A stretch of 44,962 bases of DNA from Deltaproteobacteria bacterium (GCA_016932115.1 JAFGDM010000061.1:1-44962); one strand, 5' to 3'; shown: positions 25,089-35,175, counted from the stretch's first letter. Made by a program: numbers and translations. The notes: a model not told the origin generated them from the sequence alone.

Positions 25089-27044
25089 ATGAGGTACGCT
25101 GAAACAGGCTTCCAATTGGAAGTGGATTTGTCAAAGGGAAGCATTGATAAGGTGGAGACCGATCCAAGAGATACTGCAATGTATATAGGGGGGCTGGGTA
25201 TGAACTTGAAGTTGCTGTTTGATCGGGTTCCTCCCGGCACCGATCCATGGTCTCCCGACAACCTGCTCATATTCGGTAACGGTCTTCTGAACGGCACATG
25301 CGTTCCCGGTGCAAATCGCGTGTCGGTCGATACGATCGCCCCTTTAAACGGATTTCTGGGGCATTCCCTGATGGGCGGATTTTTCGGGGCGGAAATGAAA
25401 ATGGCCGGTTACGACAGAATAGTCATTCGGGGCGAGGCGCCGGACCTGGTCTACCTGGCAATCCACAACGACAAGGTGGAGATCCGTGATGCCAGGCATC
25501 TTCGCGGGAAACTCATGGATGAAACGCAGACCTTGATCAAGGATGAGTTGAACGACAAAAGAGCCTGGGTGGCTGCGATTGGTCCGGCCGGGGAGAATAG
25601 GGTCATAATGGCTTCAATCGATTGCGGCAACTCGAGCGCTGCTCGAACGGTCGGACCGGTCATGGGGGCCAAAAAGCTGAAGGCGATTGCCGTCCGGGGA
25701 ACAAAGGACGTGTATCTCGCCCACCCCGACAAAGCCTGGGAGATGTGCTCACGCCTGAGGAAGGAGCTTGATGCGAACCCGAATGTCGGGGACTGGATGG
25801 CGACCGATGAGGATGATAGCTTCCATCACAACAACTTCTCTTGGGGCAATGCCCGTGTACGCCGAAAGACCTTCTGGAGCGCGGAGCTCGAAGAGAGATG
25901 GCGGAACCTGAAGTACGACCACATGAGCCGCTGGACAGGTTGCTGGAACTGCCCGAAGGCATGCCACAATCTAATTCAATGGCCGAACCGGCGAAGATTT
26001 TCCTACAAATGCTACGGAAAAGACACCTATCATATGGCCTCCTTCCAGGAGCTCGACTTCACCTTCGAGATACTCCCTATTGCCATGGACTTAGGGTTGG
26101 ACTCATATTCAACGCCGCAGGTTATCGCCTTTGCCCTTGAGCTCTTGGATGCCGGGATTCTGACTGAAAAAGATTTTCCAGGGATGCCCTCCGACGTGAG
26201 GCAAAGGTTTTACTATCTACTTCAGAAAATAGCGTTTAGAGAAGGCATAGGAGATGTTCTCGCTCATGGTACTTCCGGTGCGGCTGCCATAATAGGTAAA
26301 GGCGCCGAGAAATTCGATCACAACACCGTCAAAAAATTCGAACAGTTACCCATCAAGCTGGGCAAACTCAATCCGGCCTATTTCCTTATGATAGCCACAG
26401 GTGAGGAAATGGCTATCACCCAGACTGAAGGCTCCTTCCCGCAGGACCCGATCACTGACCCGGAGCTGAAAGAGGAATTCATCAAGAACTGGATTGCTGT
26501 TCCGGATAAGAAGTTCCATGAGTGGTTCCGGCAGTGGGAAAAACGTGATCAATTGCCCGACGACGCCATGTGCGCTATTTGTGACTGGAACGAGTGCATG
26601 CACTACCTGGATGATTCCTTGGGGCTTTGCGGATTCGTGTCCTCATTCAGAGGCCAGTTCGGCGGCACCACCGGATATCACGTATGGAATATGCCGAAGG
26701 TCATCACCCATGTGGCTGGGATCGAGTTTGACAAAGACAGGCTGTGGGAATTCTTCCAGAGAATCCGGAATCTGGCCAGAGCCCTCAATAACATAAGGGG
26801 CCTGAGAAGACACATGGAGAGGCCGCCGGACGATCACTGGGCGGTAAGGAATGAGGAGTATGAGCAGCAACTACTGACGAAGTATTATGATTTTAAAGGT
26901 TGGACTTTTGATGGGATTCCCACCAAAGAAACTTTGGAAAGACTGAGCCTGGGCTATGTGGCGGAAGAGCTCATAAAAAATGGTGTTCTGACCGGGAATG
27001 AAGTCACTGCCCTCAACGATATCAGGGCCAAGAAGAAGGAGTAA
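25089..27044 (+). CDS. bamB: BamB-like tungsten-pterin aryl-CoA reductase subunit (AOR family), divergent paralog
   Basis: MRYAETG N-terminus, AIGPAGEN, VMGAKKLKAIAV, FSWGNAR, CWNCPKAC, YKCYGK; collinear with 36151-38160; followed by bamC-I. Confidence 0.85.
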   Translation: MRYAETGFQLEVDLSKGSIDKVETDPRDTAMYIGGLGMNLKLLFDRVPPGTDPWSPDNLLIFGNGLLNGTCVPGANRVSVDTIAPLNGFLGHSLMGGFFGAEMKMAGYDRIVIRGEAPDLVYLAIHNDKVEIRDARHLRGKLMDETQTLIKDELNDKRAWVAAIGPAGENRVIMASIDCGNSSAARTVGPVMGAKKLKAIAVRGTKDVYLAHPDKAWEMCSRLRKELDANPNVGDWMATDEDDSFHHNNFSWGNARVRRKTFWSAELEERWRNLKYDHMSRWTGCWNCPKACHNLIQWPNRRRFSYKCYGKDTYHMASFQELDFTFEILPIAMDLGLDSYSTPQVIAFALELLDAGILTEKDFPGMPSDVRQRFYYLLQKIAFREGIGDVLAHGTSGAAAIIGKGAEKFDHNTVKKFEQLPIKLGKLNPAYFLMIATGEEMAITQTEGSFPQDPITDPELKEEFIKNWIAVPDKKFHEWFRQWEKRDQLPDDAMCAICDWNECMHYLDDSLGLCGFVSSFRGQFGGTTGYHVWNMPKVITHVAGIEFDKDRLWEFFQRIRNLARALNNIRGLRRHMERPPDDHWAVRNEEYEQQLLTKYYDFKGWTFDGIPTKETLERLSLGYVAEELIKNGVLTGNEVTALNDIRAKKKE

Positions 27045-27061
27045 AGGAAGGGGGCCTCGCC

Positions 27062-27607
27062 GTGGACAGCAAGCGAAAGAAAACAAAAATAGTAAAAGAA
27101 ATAAAGGTGGATACCAGCAAATGTGTAGGCTGCAGGGCATGTGAGATAGCCTGCTCGGCCTTCCACGCCGTACCGAAATTTAGCTCGGTGAATACCGCAC
27201 GTTCCCGGATCATGGTCGTCATGGACGAATTCCGAGATATATTCGTGCCGATACGGGCCGGTGACTATGCGCAGGCGGAATGTAATGGGAGAAACCGTTA
27301 CGTGATCGACGGCAAGGAGTACGACGCTTGTACCTTCTGCCCGGCCTCCTGCCCTTCAAGGGATGCTTTTAAAGAGCCTGATTCCGGTCTTCCGCTCAAA
27401 TGCGATATGTGCGAGAGTGTCCCGCCCCTGGAAAAGCCAATGTGCGTCGACGCATGCACGTTTGGTGCCTTGACGTATGAGGAAAGGGAAGAGGAAGGGG
27501 CTGAGGAAGAAAAGCCCGGGGATATGGAGATTGTTTTCGAGGCCTTGGTAAAGAAGCATGGAAAGAAGAAAGTCATGGACACCTTCGCCCGATTGTCGAA
27601 GAGCTAA
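27062..27607 (+). CDS. bamC: Class II benzoyl-CoA reductase Fe-S subunit BamC
   Basis: CVGCRACEIACSAFHA, CTFCPASCPSRD and EPDSGLPLKCDMC; GTG start. Confidence 0.88.
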   Translation: MDSKRKKTKIVKEIKVDTSKCVGCRACEIACSAFHAVPKFSSVNTARSRIMVVMDEFRDIFVPIRAGDYAQAECNGRNRYVIDGKEYDACTFCPASCPSRDAFKEPDSGLPLKCDMCESVPPLEKPMCVDACTFGALTYEEREEEGAEEEKPGDMEIVFEALVKKHGKKKVMDTFARLSKS

Positions 27608-27638
27608 CTATCAGGCGGAAAGAAGAGGATAAGATACG

Positions 27639-28790
27639 GTGGAGACTGTAGCCCCATACAAAGAGATTGTAGATGTTATAAAGGCGAGTGGTGGAGAGGC
27701 CTTCAAGAGATGCTTTCAGTGCGGATTGTGTGATGTGGTTTGTCCGTGGAACAGGGTCAGGACATTCAGCATGCGCAAGCTGGTGCGAGAGGCGACGTTT
27801 GGTTTGACGGATATTGAAAGTGAAGACATGTGGCTTTGCACGACCTGTGGAAGATGCCCCCAGCAGTGTCCCAGGGATGTGCAACAAATAGCATCCGGAG
27901 TCGCCCTGCGCAGGATCGCTACTGAATACGGGGTTTTTCCGAAAACCGTGAAGGCCGTGCGGACTGTGGCGGGAAGCCTTGTTGGGGAAGGGAACCCTCT
28001 GAGTGAAGAGCGTTCAAAGAGGGCGAATTGGGCTGAAGGTCTTTCCGTTAACGCCTTTACGGAGGGGATGGAGATTTTGTATTTTCCGGGCTGCTACCCT
28101 AGCTATGATCCGAGACTGAAGAAGGTGGCGAGGGCTACGGCTACTATACTCAAGCGGGCTGGGGTGGATTTTGGGATTCTGGGTGTCAAGGAGAATTGTT
28201 GTGGAGAAAGCATCCGGAAGACGGGCGATGAGGAGTTGTTCAAACGGCTGGCGAGGGAAAATATCAAGGTGTTTATCGACAATGGTGTGAAGAGGATTTT
28301 GGTGTCTTCTCCGCATTGTCTTCATACCTTCAAGAACGAGTATCCTGAATTCAGGGTAAATTTTGAGGTGATCCATATCACGCAGTATTTATATGAGCTT
28401 ATAAGGGAGGGAAGGCTGGAGCTGAAAGGGGAATATGGGAAGACAGTGACGTATCATGACCCGTGCTATCTGGGTCGGCATAACGGCATTTATGATGAGC
28501 CTCGAGAGATTTTGAAGGGGGTGCCCGGTTTAGAGCTGAAGGAGATGCCTGATTTCAGGGTCAACAGTTTGTGTTGCGGAGGTGGAGGGGGCAGGGTATG
28601 GATGGAGACCCAAAAAGGGGAGAGATTTTCCGACCTCAGGATGGAGCAAGCGATGGGGGTTGGGGCCGAGTTGCTGGTGACTGCCTGCCCGTACTGCATT
28701 ACCATGTTTGAGGATAGCCGGCTGACACTCAATATGACTGAGAAGATAGAAGTTAAGGACATCACGGAGATTGTCCAGGAAGTTATTTAG
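27639..28790 (+). CDS. bamD: BamD, HdrD-like (2x[4Fe-4S] plus two CCG domains)
   Basis: CFQCGLCDVVCP, CTTCGRCPQQCP, ENCCG, YHDPCYLGR, LCCGGGGG and TACPYC. Confidence 0.9.
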   Translation: METVAPYKEIVDVIKASGGEAFKRCFQCGLCDVVCPWNRVRTFSMRKLVREATFGLTDIESEDMWLCTTCGRCPQQCPRDVQQIASGVALRRIATEYGVFPKTVKAVRTVAGSLVGEGNPLSEERSKRANWAEGLSVNAFTEGMEILYFPGCYPSYDPRLKKVARATATILKRAGVDFGILGVKENCCGESIRKTGDEELFKRLARENIKVFIDNGVKRILVSSPHCLHTFKNEYPEFRVNFEVIHITQYLYELIREGRLELKGEYGKTVTYHDPCYLGRHNGIYDEPREILKGVPGLELKEMPDFRVNSLCCGGGGGRVWMETQKGERFSDLRMEQAMGVGAELLVTACPYCITMFEDSRLTLNMTEKIEVKDITEIVQEVI

Positions 28791-28822
28791 AGAACCATCC
28801 CATCGGACAAAGGCGGAGAGAA

Positions 28823-31800
28823 GTGGAAAGAGAACCAGTGGAAGAGCAGTTTTTTAGCAGCCCCGAGGGCGGTAATTTTGGAGATGTTATGGTTGTGGGA
28901 GGCGGGATCAGCGGCATTCAAGCGGCTCTTGATCTTGCCACTGCGGAATTCAAGGTTTATCTGGTTGAAAAGGCGCCGACCATTGGCGGGAAGATGGCCC
29001 AACTGGACAAGACCTTTCCCACCAACGATTGCTCCATGTGCATTGAATCCCCCAAGTTCATTGAATGTGCCAGGCATCCCAATATAGAGATCCTGACCTA
29101 TACCGAAGTCGACACCGTAAAAGGGGAAGCGGGGAACTTCAAGGTCAAGCTGATCAAAAAACCCAGATACATTAAGGAGGACAAATGCACAGGCTGCACG
29201 ACTTGTGTTGAATTCTGCCCGGTCAGGGTTCGGGATCCATATAATCAAGACCTGTCTTTGAACAAAGCCATTCATATCTACTTCTCCCAAGCTGTTCCAC
29301 TCGTCACTTATATAGACCCTGAAAGCTGCCTTTATCTTCAAGGCGAGAAATGTTCGATTTGCGCCGGAGTCTGTAAGAATAAAGCCATCGATCTTCATCA
29401 AGAGGAAGAGGAAATAGAAGTAGAGGTGGGGGCGATCATTCTGGCGCCCGGCTACGAGGTATTCGACCCTAAGTTGAAGGGTGACTATGGCTACGGGAAC
29501 TTTGAGAACGTGGTAACAAGTCTTGAGTTTGAAAGGCTTTTGTGTGCCACCGGGCCGTTCGAAGGTGAGATCTTGCGGCCTTCCGACAAGAAACATCCAC
29601 ATAACATAGCTTGGATTCACTGCGTCGGCTCCAGACGGGTGACCCCGGGCGATAACAGCTATTGTTCAGCGGTGTGCTGCACCTATACTCAAAAACAGGT
29701 GATTTTGACAAAGGACCATGACGCCGAGGCAGAGTGTACCGTATTCCATAATGACATCAGGTCCTATGGTAAGGATTTCGAGCGATTCTACCAGAGAGCG
29801 GAGAATTTACCCGGGGTTCGATTTATAAGGAGCTATGTGTCCATAGGAAGAGAGGTCAAGGAGAGCAAAAATTTAACGATAAAATATTCTACTCCGAAGG
29901 ATGGAGTAAAAGAAGAGGAATTCGACCTGGTGGTCCTGTCTGTCGGCTTGAACCCTCCCGCTGATTTTAAGAGCTTGGCAAACAAGTTCGGCATTGAACT
30001 TGATGCTCATGGATTCTGCAAGACCAATCCACTGAATGCCATGGAGACCTCTCGCCGGGGAATTTTTGTAAGCGGAGCGTTTCAGGGTCCTTTAGATATT
30101 CCTGAGTCGGTTGTGACTGCCAGCGGGGCCGGTTCTCTTTGTGGCCAAATCCTTGGTTACCGGCGGGGGAAGCTGGACAAAGAAAGAGAATATCCACCGG
30201 AAAGGACTGTATCAGGAGAGGAACCCAGGGTGGGGGTTTTTGTGTGCCATTGTGGGGCAAATATCGGAAGGGTGGTCAACGTCCCCTCGGTTGTTGAATA
30301 TGCTTCCACCTTGGACAATGTCGTCCACGCCCAGGAGAGCATCTTTGCGTGTTCTACGGACAATGCCCAGCAAATCGCGGACACGATCCGTGAAAAAAGA
30401 CTCAACCGTGTGGTTGTGGCTGCCTGTACGCCTAGGACCCATGAGCCGCTGTTCCGGGACACACTTCGTGAAGGGGGAATCAATCCCTATTTCTTTGAAA
30501 TGGCCAATATTCGGGAACAATGTTCCTGGGTTCACTCCAAAGAAAAGGAAGATGCCACAAGGAAGGCAAAGGAAATCGTGTGCATGTCGGTTGCCAGAAG
30601 CGCGCTCTTGGAGCCTTTACAGGAATTCGAGTTGCCGGTCGACAAGCGGGCATTGGTTGTAGGAGGAGGTTTGGCCGGCATGACCGGTGCTATGAGCCTT
30701 GCTGAGCAGGGATTTGAGGTTTACCTGGTGGAAAAAGATACAAACCTGGGAGGGACGGCACGAAGAATCTATTACACCTTGGAAGGGATGGATGTTCAAG
30801 CTTATTTGCGTGATGTGATCCGGAAGGTTTATCATCATCCCTCCATTCATGTTGTTACAGATGCGACTATCACCGAGGCTTCCGGTTATGTGGGCAATTT
30901 CGTAACCAAGGTGAAGTCCGGGAGAACGGCCAAGGAGATACACCACGGAGTAACCATCATTGCTACCGGCGCTGAAGAATATAAACCGACGGAATATCTT
31001 TATGGGAAAGAGGACGGGGTATTGACTCAGTTGGAGTTGGAGGAGAAGATCAATAAAAGAGAAGAAAAATTGATCAGCTCAAAGACTGTGGTGATGATCC
31101 AGTGTGTAGGCTGCAGACAGCAAGACCGAAACTACTGCAGCCGGGTCTGCTGCAGCCAGGCTATCAAGAACGCCCTGAAACTCAAAGAGATCAACCCTCA
31201 TATGGACCTATACGTCCTCTTCAGGGACATGAGAACGTACGGGTTCAAAGAGGACTATTACCGCGAAGCGTCGGAGAAGGATGTCAAATTCATCCGCTAT
31301 GAGCCGGATGACAAACCCCAGGTAGAAGCGGTTGAGGAGGAAGGTCGCCGCGTTCTAAGGGTTACCGTGACCGACGACATTTTAGGGAAGAAGCTTCAAA
31401 TAGACGCTGACGCCGTCGCTCTGGCGGCCGCCGTTATTCCGTCGGCAGGAACTCAGGAAATATCCCGGTTGTTCAAGGTCGCTTTGAATCCCGATGGTTT
31501 CTTCCAGGAAGCGCACGTAAAACTAAGACCTGTTGACTTTGCTGCGGAAGGCGTTTTCCTTTGTGGGACGGCTCATTATCCCAAGCATATATCGGAGACG
31601 ATCAGCCAAGCATACGGAGCTGCCGGCCGGGCTGTAACGATTCTCACGAAAGATTCAGTCATAGCTTCCGGTGCTATTTGCGAGGTTAATGAGAGTGACT
31701 GTGTATCCTGCGGGGCATGTATTTCAGTTTGTACTTATGGTGCTATAGAATTTGTTGATACACCACGAGGCAAAAAAGCCAGGGTCAACCCTGTTCTCTG

Positions 31801-31951
31801 TAAGGGAGACGGCCTCTGTAATTCAAGATGTCCGACAGGGGCTATTTCACTGAAGCACTTTACTGATGAAGAGGTCTTCTGCGAAATCGACGCGGCGCTT
31901 CACAGCCCTGTGGAATTTCCAGCAATAAACAAAGTCGGCATTGCCGATTGA
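28823..31951 (+). CDS. bamE: BamE, HdrA-like flavin-bifurcating subunit (Cys form)
   Basis: Two FAD motifs ([16 protein letters not shown]), [21 protein letters not shown]-x2-[13 protein letters not shown] and ferredoxin motifs. Confidence 0.92.
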   Translation: MEREPVEEQFFSSPEGGNFGDVMVVGGGISGIQAALDLATAEFKVYLVEKAPTIGGKMAQLDKTFPTNDCSMCIESPKFIECARHPNIEILTYTEVDTVKGEAGNFKVKLIKKPRYIKEDKCTGCTTCVEFCPVRVRDPYNQDLSLNKAIHIYFSQAVPLVTYIDPESCLYLQGEKCSICAGVCKNKAIDLHQEEEEIEVEVGAIILAPGYEVFDPKLKGDYGYGNFENVVTSLEFERLLCATGPFEGEILRPSDKKHPHNIAWIHCVGSRRVTPGDNSYCSAVCCTYTQKQVILTKDHDAEAECTVFHNDIRSYGKDFERFYQRAENLPGVRFIRSYVSIGREVKESKNLTIKYSTPKDGVKEEEFDLVVLSVGLNPPADFKSLANKFGIELDAHGFCKTNPLNAMETSRRGIFVSGAFQGPLDIPESVVTASGAGSLCGQILGYRRGKLDKEREYPPERTVSGEEPRVGVFVCHCGANIGRVVNVPSVVEYASTLDNVVHAQESIFACSTDNAQQIADTIREKRLNRVVVAACTPRTHEPLFRDTLREGGINPYFFEMANIREQCSWVHSKEKEDATRKAKEIVCMSVARSALLEPLQEFELPVDKRALVVGGGLAGMTGAMSLAEQGFEVYLVEKDTNLGGTARRIYYTLEGMDVQAYLRDVIRKVYHHPSIHVVTDATITEASGYVGNFVTKVKSGRTAKEIHHGVTIIATGAEEYKPTEYLYGKEDGVLTQLELEEKINKREEKLISSKTVVMIQCVGCRQQDRNYCSRVCCSQAIKNALKLKEINPHMDLYVLFRDMRTYGFKEDYYREASEKDVKFIRYEPDDKPQVEAVEEEGRRVLRVTVTDDILGKKLQIDADAVALAAAVIPSAGTQEISRLFKVALNPDGFFQEAHVKLRPVDFAAEGVFLCGTAHYPKHISETISQAYGAAGRAVTILTKDSVIASGAICEVNESDCVSCGACISVCTYGAIEFVDTPRGKKARVNPVLCKGDGLCNSRCPTGAISLKHFTDEEVFCEIDAALHSPVEFPAINKVGIAD

Positions 31952-31965
31952 GGAGAGAGATAATA

Positions 31966-32721
31966 ATGGGTGCAGGGGTTGTTTTTAAACCAAGGATCTT
32001 AGGTTTTCTATGCAATTGGTGAGGATACTCGGCTGCTGACCTGGCTGGAGTTTCCAGACTGCAATATACGACTGAAATCAAGCTGATCCGCCTCATGTGC
32101 ACCGGCAGAGTGGATTTGGCGTTCATACTTCGAGCTTTCTCAAATGGAGCAGACGGGGTGTTGGTTGTTGGTTGTTGGCCCGGCGAATGCCATTATCTTA
32201 CTGAGGGAAATTACGGTGCATTGAGCATGACTCATCTGTGTAGAAAATTACTGGATTACATAGGGGTGAACCCCGAGAGATTGGGGCTTGAATGGGTGTC
32301 AGCCTCCGAGGGAAGCCGTTTCGCGGAAGTCGTGAATGACTTTGCGAAAAAGGTAAAGGACTTGGGGCCTTTCGGCAACGCCGAAAATGGATTAAAGATG
32401 AAACTTGAAGCAGTCGACAATTTACTCCCCTACATTAAGCTGGTCGAAAGGGAGAAACTAAGAGTGCGGTTTAAGACAGAAGAAGAATATAACGAATTCT
32501 TCACGAGTGATGAGATAGATAGGATATTTCAAGAAGTAATTGTAAATAAATTGGAAATTAGTCGGATCATGAGACTCCTGCGAGAAAAGCCCCTCTCGAC
32601 CGGGGAAATTTCCGGGCTTTTGGGCGTAACCCCATCTGAAGCATCAAAGCATCTTGGCAGTTTAGCAAGACAAGGATTAATAAGGTTTGACGAAAGCCTG
32701 AAGCGTTTTGTTCCTGCCTAG
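31966..32721 (+). CDS. bamF: BamF, MvhD-like selenoprotein with C-terminal winged-HTH (Sec at TGA 32020-32022)
   Basis: ATG 31966 is in frame with the track ORF at 32095: MGAGVVFKPRILGFLCNW-U-GYSAADLAG...MCTGRV...GCWPGECHY; U occupies the second Cys of the MvhD CxWC motif. Confidence 0.88.
32045..32057 (+). promoter_or_regulatory. Bacterial SECIS hairpin of bamF-1
   Basis: CTGGA-GTT-TCCAG, 22 nt after the UGA, G in the loop; identical sequence in bamF-2. Confidence 0.7.
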
Positions 32722-32775
32722 AGCGAGAGAATTGGAACCAAATTAGGGGAGATGAAAAGGAATAGGACAGCGGCT

Positions 32776-33228
32776 ATGGATAAGGGCAAAATCGATAAGA
32801 TTATAGACAAATATGAGGGCGACGCCGGTTCACTCATTCAGGCATTACTGGAGATTCAGAGCGAAAATCGCTGGCTTCCCAAAGAGGTTTTGGCGAAGGT
32901 AAGCAAGAAATTGAACGTGCCCTTGAGCCGCATACAGCACATCGTGACATTTTATAAGGCCTTTAGTTTAGTTCCTAAAGGGCGTCACGAAGTTCACGTG
33001 TGCACGGGCACGGCCTGTCATGTTCGCGGAGCGCCGCGTCTTCTCGACTCGGTTAAAGACCTGATTGGAATAAGTCCCGGGGAGACGGACATGGATTTAA
33101 AGTATAGCCTGGAGACTGTGAACTGCGTCGGCTGCTGCGCTTTAGGACCGGTGATGGTAATCGATGGTGAATATTACGGAAAGATGTCACCGGCCAAGTC
33201 TGAAGATGTGTTGAAAAACTATGATTAA
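32776..33228 (+). CDS. bamG: BamG, NuoE-like [2Fe-2S] subunit
   Basis: TFYKAF, CTGTACHVRG and NCVGCCALGPV; alternative start 32752. Confidence 0.9.
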   Translation: MDKGKIDKIIDKYEGDAGSLIQALLEIQSENRWLPKEVLAKVSKKLNVPLSRIQHIVTFYKAFSLVPKGRHEVHVCTGTACHVRGAPRLLDSVKDLIGISPGETDMDLKYSLETVNCVGCCALGPVMVIDGEYYGKMSPAKSEDVLKNYD

Positions 33229-33237
33229 GGGAAAATT

Positions 33238-35175
33238 ATGGCAAGGATAAATTCACCTGCTGAATTGGAAGAATTCAGGAAGGACATCATATCAAAGAAA
33301 GATCCAAATAGGCCGTGCATTGCTGTATGCACCGGAACAGGTTGCCTCGCTCTGGGAGCAGCAAATGTGGTTGCCGCCTTCAAAGAGGAGATTGAAAAAC
33401 AGAAACTGCAAAGTAAAGTGGATGTCGTAGATATCAGGGAAACAGGCTGCCCTGGTTTCTGCGAACGAGGGCCTATAATTGTAATTTACCCTGAGGAGAT
33501 ATGTTATCTTCAGGTGCAGCCCGGCGATGCCAAGGAGATCATTTTTGAGACTATACTTGGCAAGAAGATCATTGATAGGTTGCTTTACGTCGATCTCACC
33601 GCCGACAAGAAGGTAGTCCATGAATCCGAGATACCGTTCTATAAGAATCAGAAACGCCTCCTTCTCGGCAATAATATTAAAATCGATCCGAAAAGCATTG
33701 ATGACTATCTTGCACTCGGCGGGTATTCCGCATTGGTTAAAGCCCTTTTTCATCTGACCCCGGAGCAAGTTTTGGAGCTTGTGAAAAATTCGAAATTGAG
33801 AGGGAGGGGAGGAGCCGGATTTCTTACGGGGGTAAAATGGGAATTTGCTCGCAGAAGTCCTGATAAGACAAAGTATGTGATCGTCAACGCCGATGAGGGA
33901 GACCCGGGGGCATTTATGGATAGGGCTCTACTTGAGGGGAATCCCCACGCAGTTCTTGAAGGACTCATTATTGGGGCTTATGCCATCGGATCTCATGAAG
34001 GTTATTTCTATGTTCGTCAGGAATATCCTTTAGCTGTGAAGAATATCGGGATTGCTATCAAACAGGCTGAGGAATATGGTTTTGTTGGTAAAAATATTCT
34101 AGGGTCCGGCTTTGATTTCACAATTAAAGTGCATCAGGGCGCCGGCGCTTTCGTTTGCGGTGAGGAAACGGCTCTTCTAATGTCTCTCGAAGGCAAACCG
34201 GGCGAGCCAAGGCCGAGGCCGCCATATCCGGCCGTGAAAGGGCTCTGGGGCAAACCGACGAACATCAATAATGTGGAAACCTGGGCTAATGTTCCGTTGA
34301 TTATTAAGAATGGGTCTGATTTCCTGACCTCCATAGGCACTGAGGGAAGCAAAGGCACCAAGATCTTTTCATTGGTCGGCAAGGTGAACAATACCGGCCT
34401 CGTGGAAGTGCCGATGGGCATCACCCTGAGAGATATTATCTACAAGGTAGGAGGCGGCATCCCCGGAGGCAAGAAGTTCAAGGCCGTACAGACAGGTGGT
34501 CCATCGGGCGGATGTATCCCTGAAGAATTCTTGGATATACAGGTTGATTTTGACGAACTCGCCAAGGTCGGCGCAATTATGGGTTCAGGCGGCATGATAG
34601 TAATGGATGAAGATACCTGTATGGTTGATGTCGCCAGGTACTTTCTTAATTTCCTAACCGATGAGTCATGCGGCAAATGTACCCCATGCCGTGAAGGCAT
34701 CAGGCAGATGCTTAAAATTCTTACTAATATAAGTAAGGGAAGGGGAAGAGAAGGCGACATTGAGCTTTTGGAAGAGCTAGCCCGGACAACCGGGGATGCT
34801 TCACTTTGTGCCTTAGGTCGCACTGCCCCTAACCCGGTTCTAAGCACGATACGCTACTTCAGAGACGAGTATGAGGCCCATATCAAGGACAAGAGATGCC
34901 CGGCTTATGTCTGCAAGGAGCTGATCTCATACTATATTGATCCGGATAAGTGCCAGGCCTGCATGATTTGCCTCAGGAAATGCCCTGCTGAGGCGATCGA
35001 TGGCGGTAAGAACCGGATCCACATAATTGACCAAAACAAATGCACAAAGTGCGGGACCTGCTTTGAGGTTTGTCCCTCTCGTTTTGGTGCGGTGACCAGG
35101 CTCTCCGGTGAGCCCGTTCCGCCTCCTTTCCCTGAAGAAAAAAGAACTATTGTCAGAAAGAGTAAAGACAAATGA
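33238..35175 (+). CDS. bamH: BamH, NuoF-like NAD(H)/flavin-binding subunit
   Basis: N-terminal thioredoxin-like [2Fe-2S] domain, LRGRGGAGF, NADEGDPG, GAFVCGEET, ESCGKCTPCREG and a C-terminal 2x[4Fe-4S] domain. Confidence 0.92.
   Translation: MARINSPAELEEFRKDIISKKDPNRPCIAVCTGTGCLALGAANVVAAFKEEIEKQKLQSKVDVVDIRETGCPGFCERGPIIVIYPEEICYLQVQPGDAKEIIFETILGKKIIDRLLYVDLTADKKVVHESEIPFYKNQKRLLLGNNIKIDPKSIDDYLALGGYSALVKALFHLTPEQVLELVKNSKLRGRGGAGFLTGVKWEFARRSPDKTKYVIVNADEGDPGAFMDRALLEGNPHAVLEGLIIGAYAIGSHEGYFYVRQEYPLAVKNIGIAIKQAEEYGFVGKNILGSGFDFTIKVHQGAGAFVCGEETALLMSLEGKPGEPRPRPPYPAVKGLWGKPTNINNVETWANVPLIIKNGSDFLTSIGTEGSKGTKIFSLVGKVNNTGLVEVPMGITLRDIIYKVGGGIPGGKKFKAVQTGGPSGGCIPEEFLDIQVDFDELAKVGAIMGSGGMIVMDEDTCMVDVARYFLNFLTDESCGKCTPCREGIRQMLKILTNISKGRGREGDIELLEELARTTGDASLCALGRTAPNPVLSTIRYFRDEYEAHIKDKRCPAYVCKELISYYIDPDKCQACMICLRKCPAEAIDGGKNRIHIIDQNKCTKCGTCFEVCPSRFGAVTRLSGEPVPPPFPEEKRTIVRKSKDK

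Noticed and set aside
25089-27044. Ordinary aldehyde:ferredoxin oxidoreductase
   Set aside because: It keeps the BamB-specific N-terminus, His and W-ligand Cys, and it lies in a bamC-I cluster
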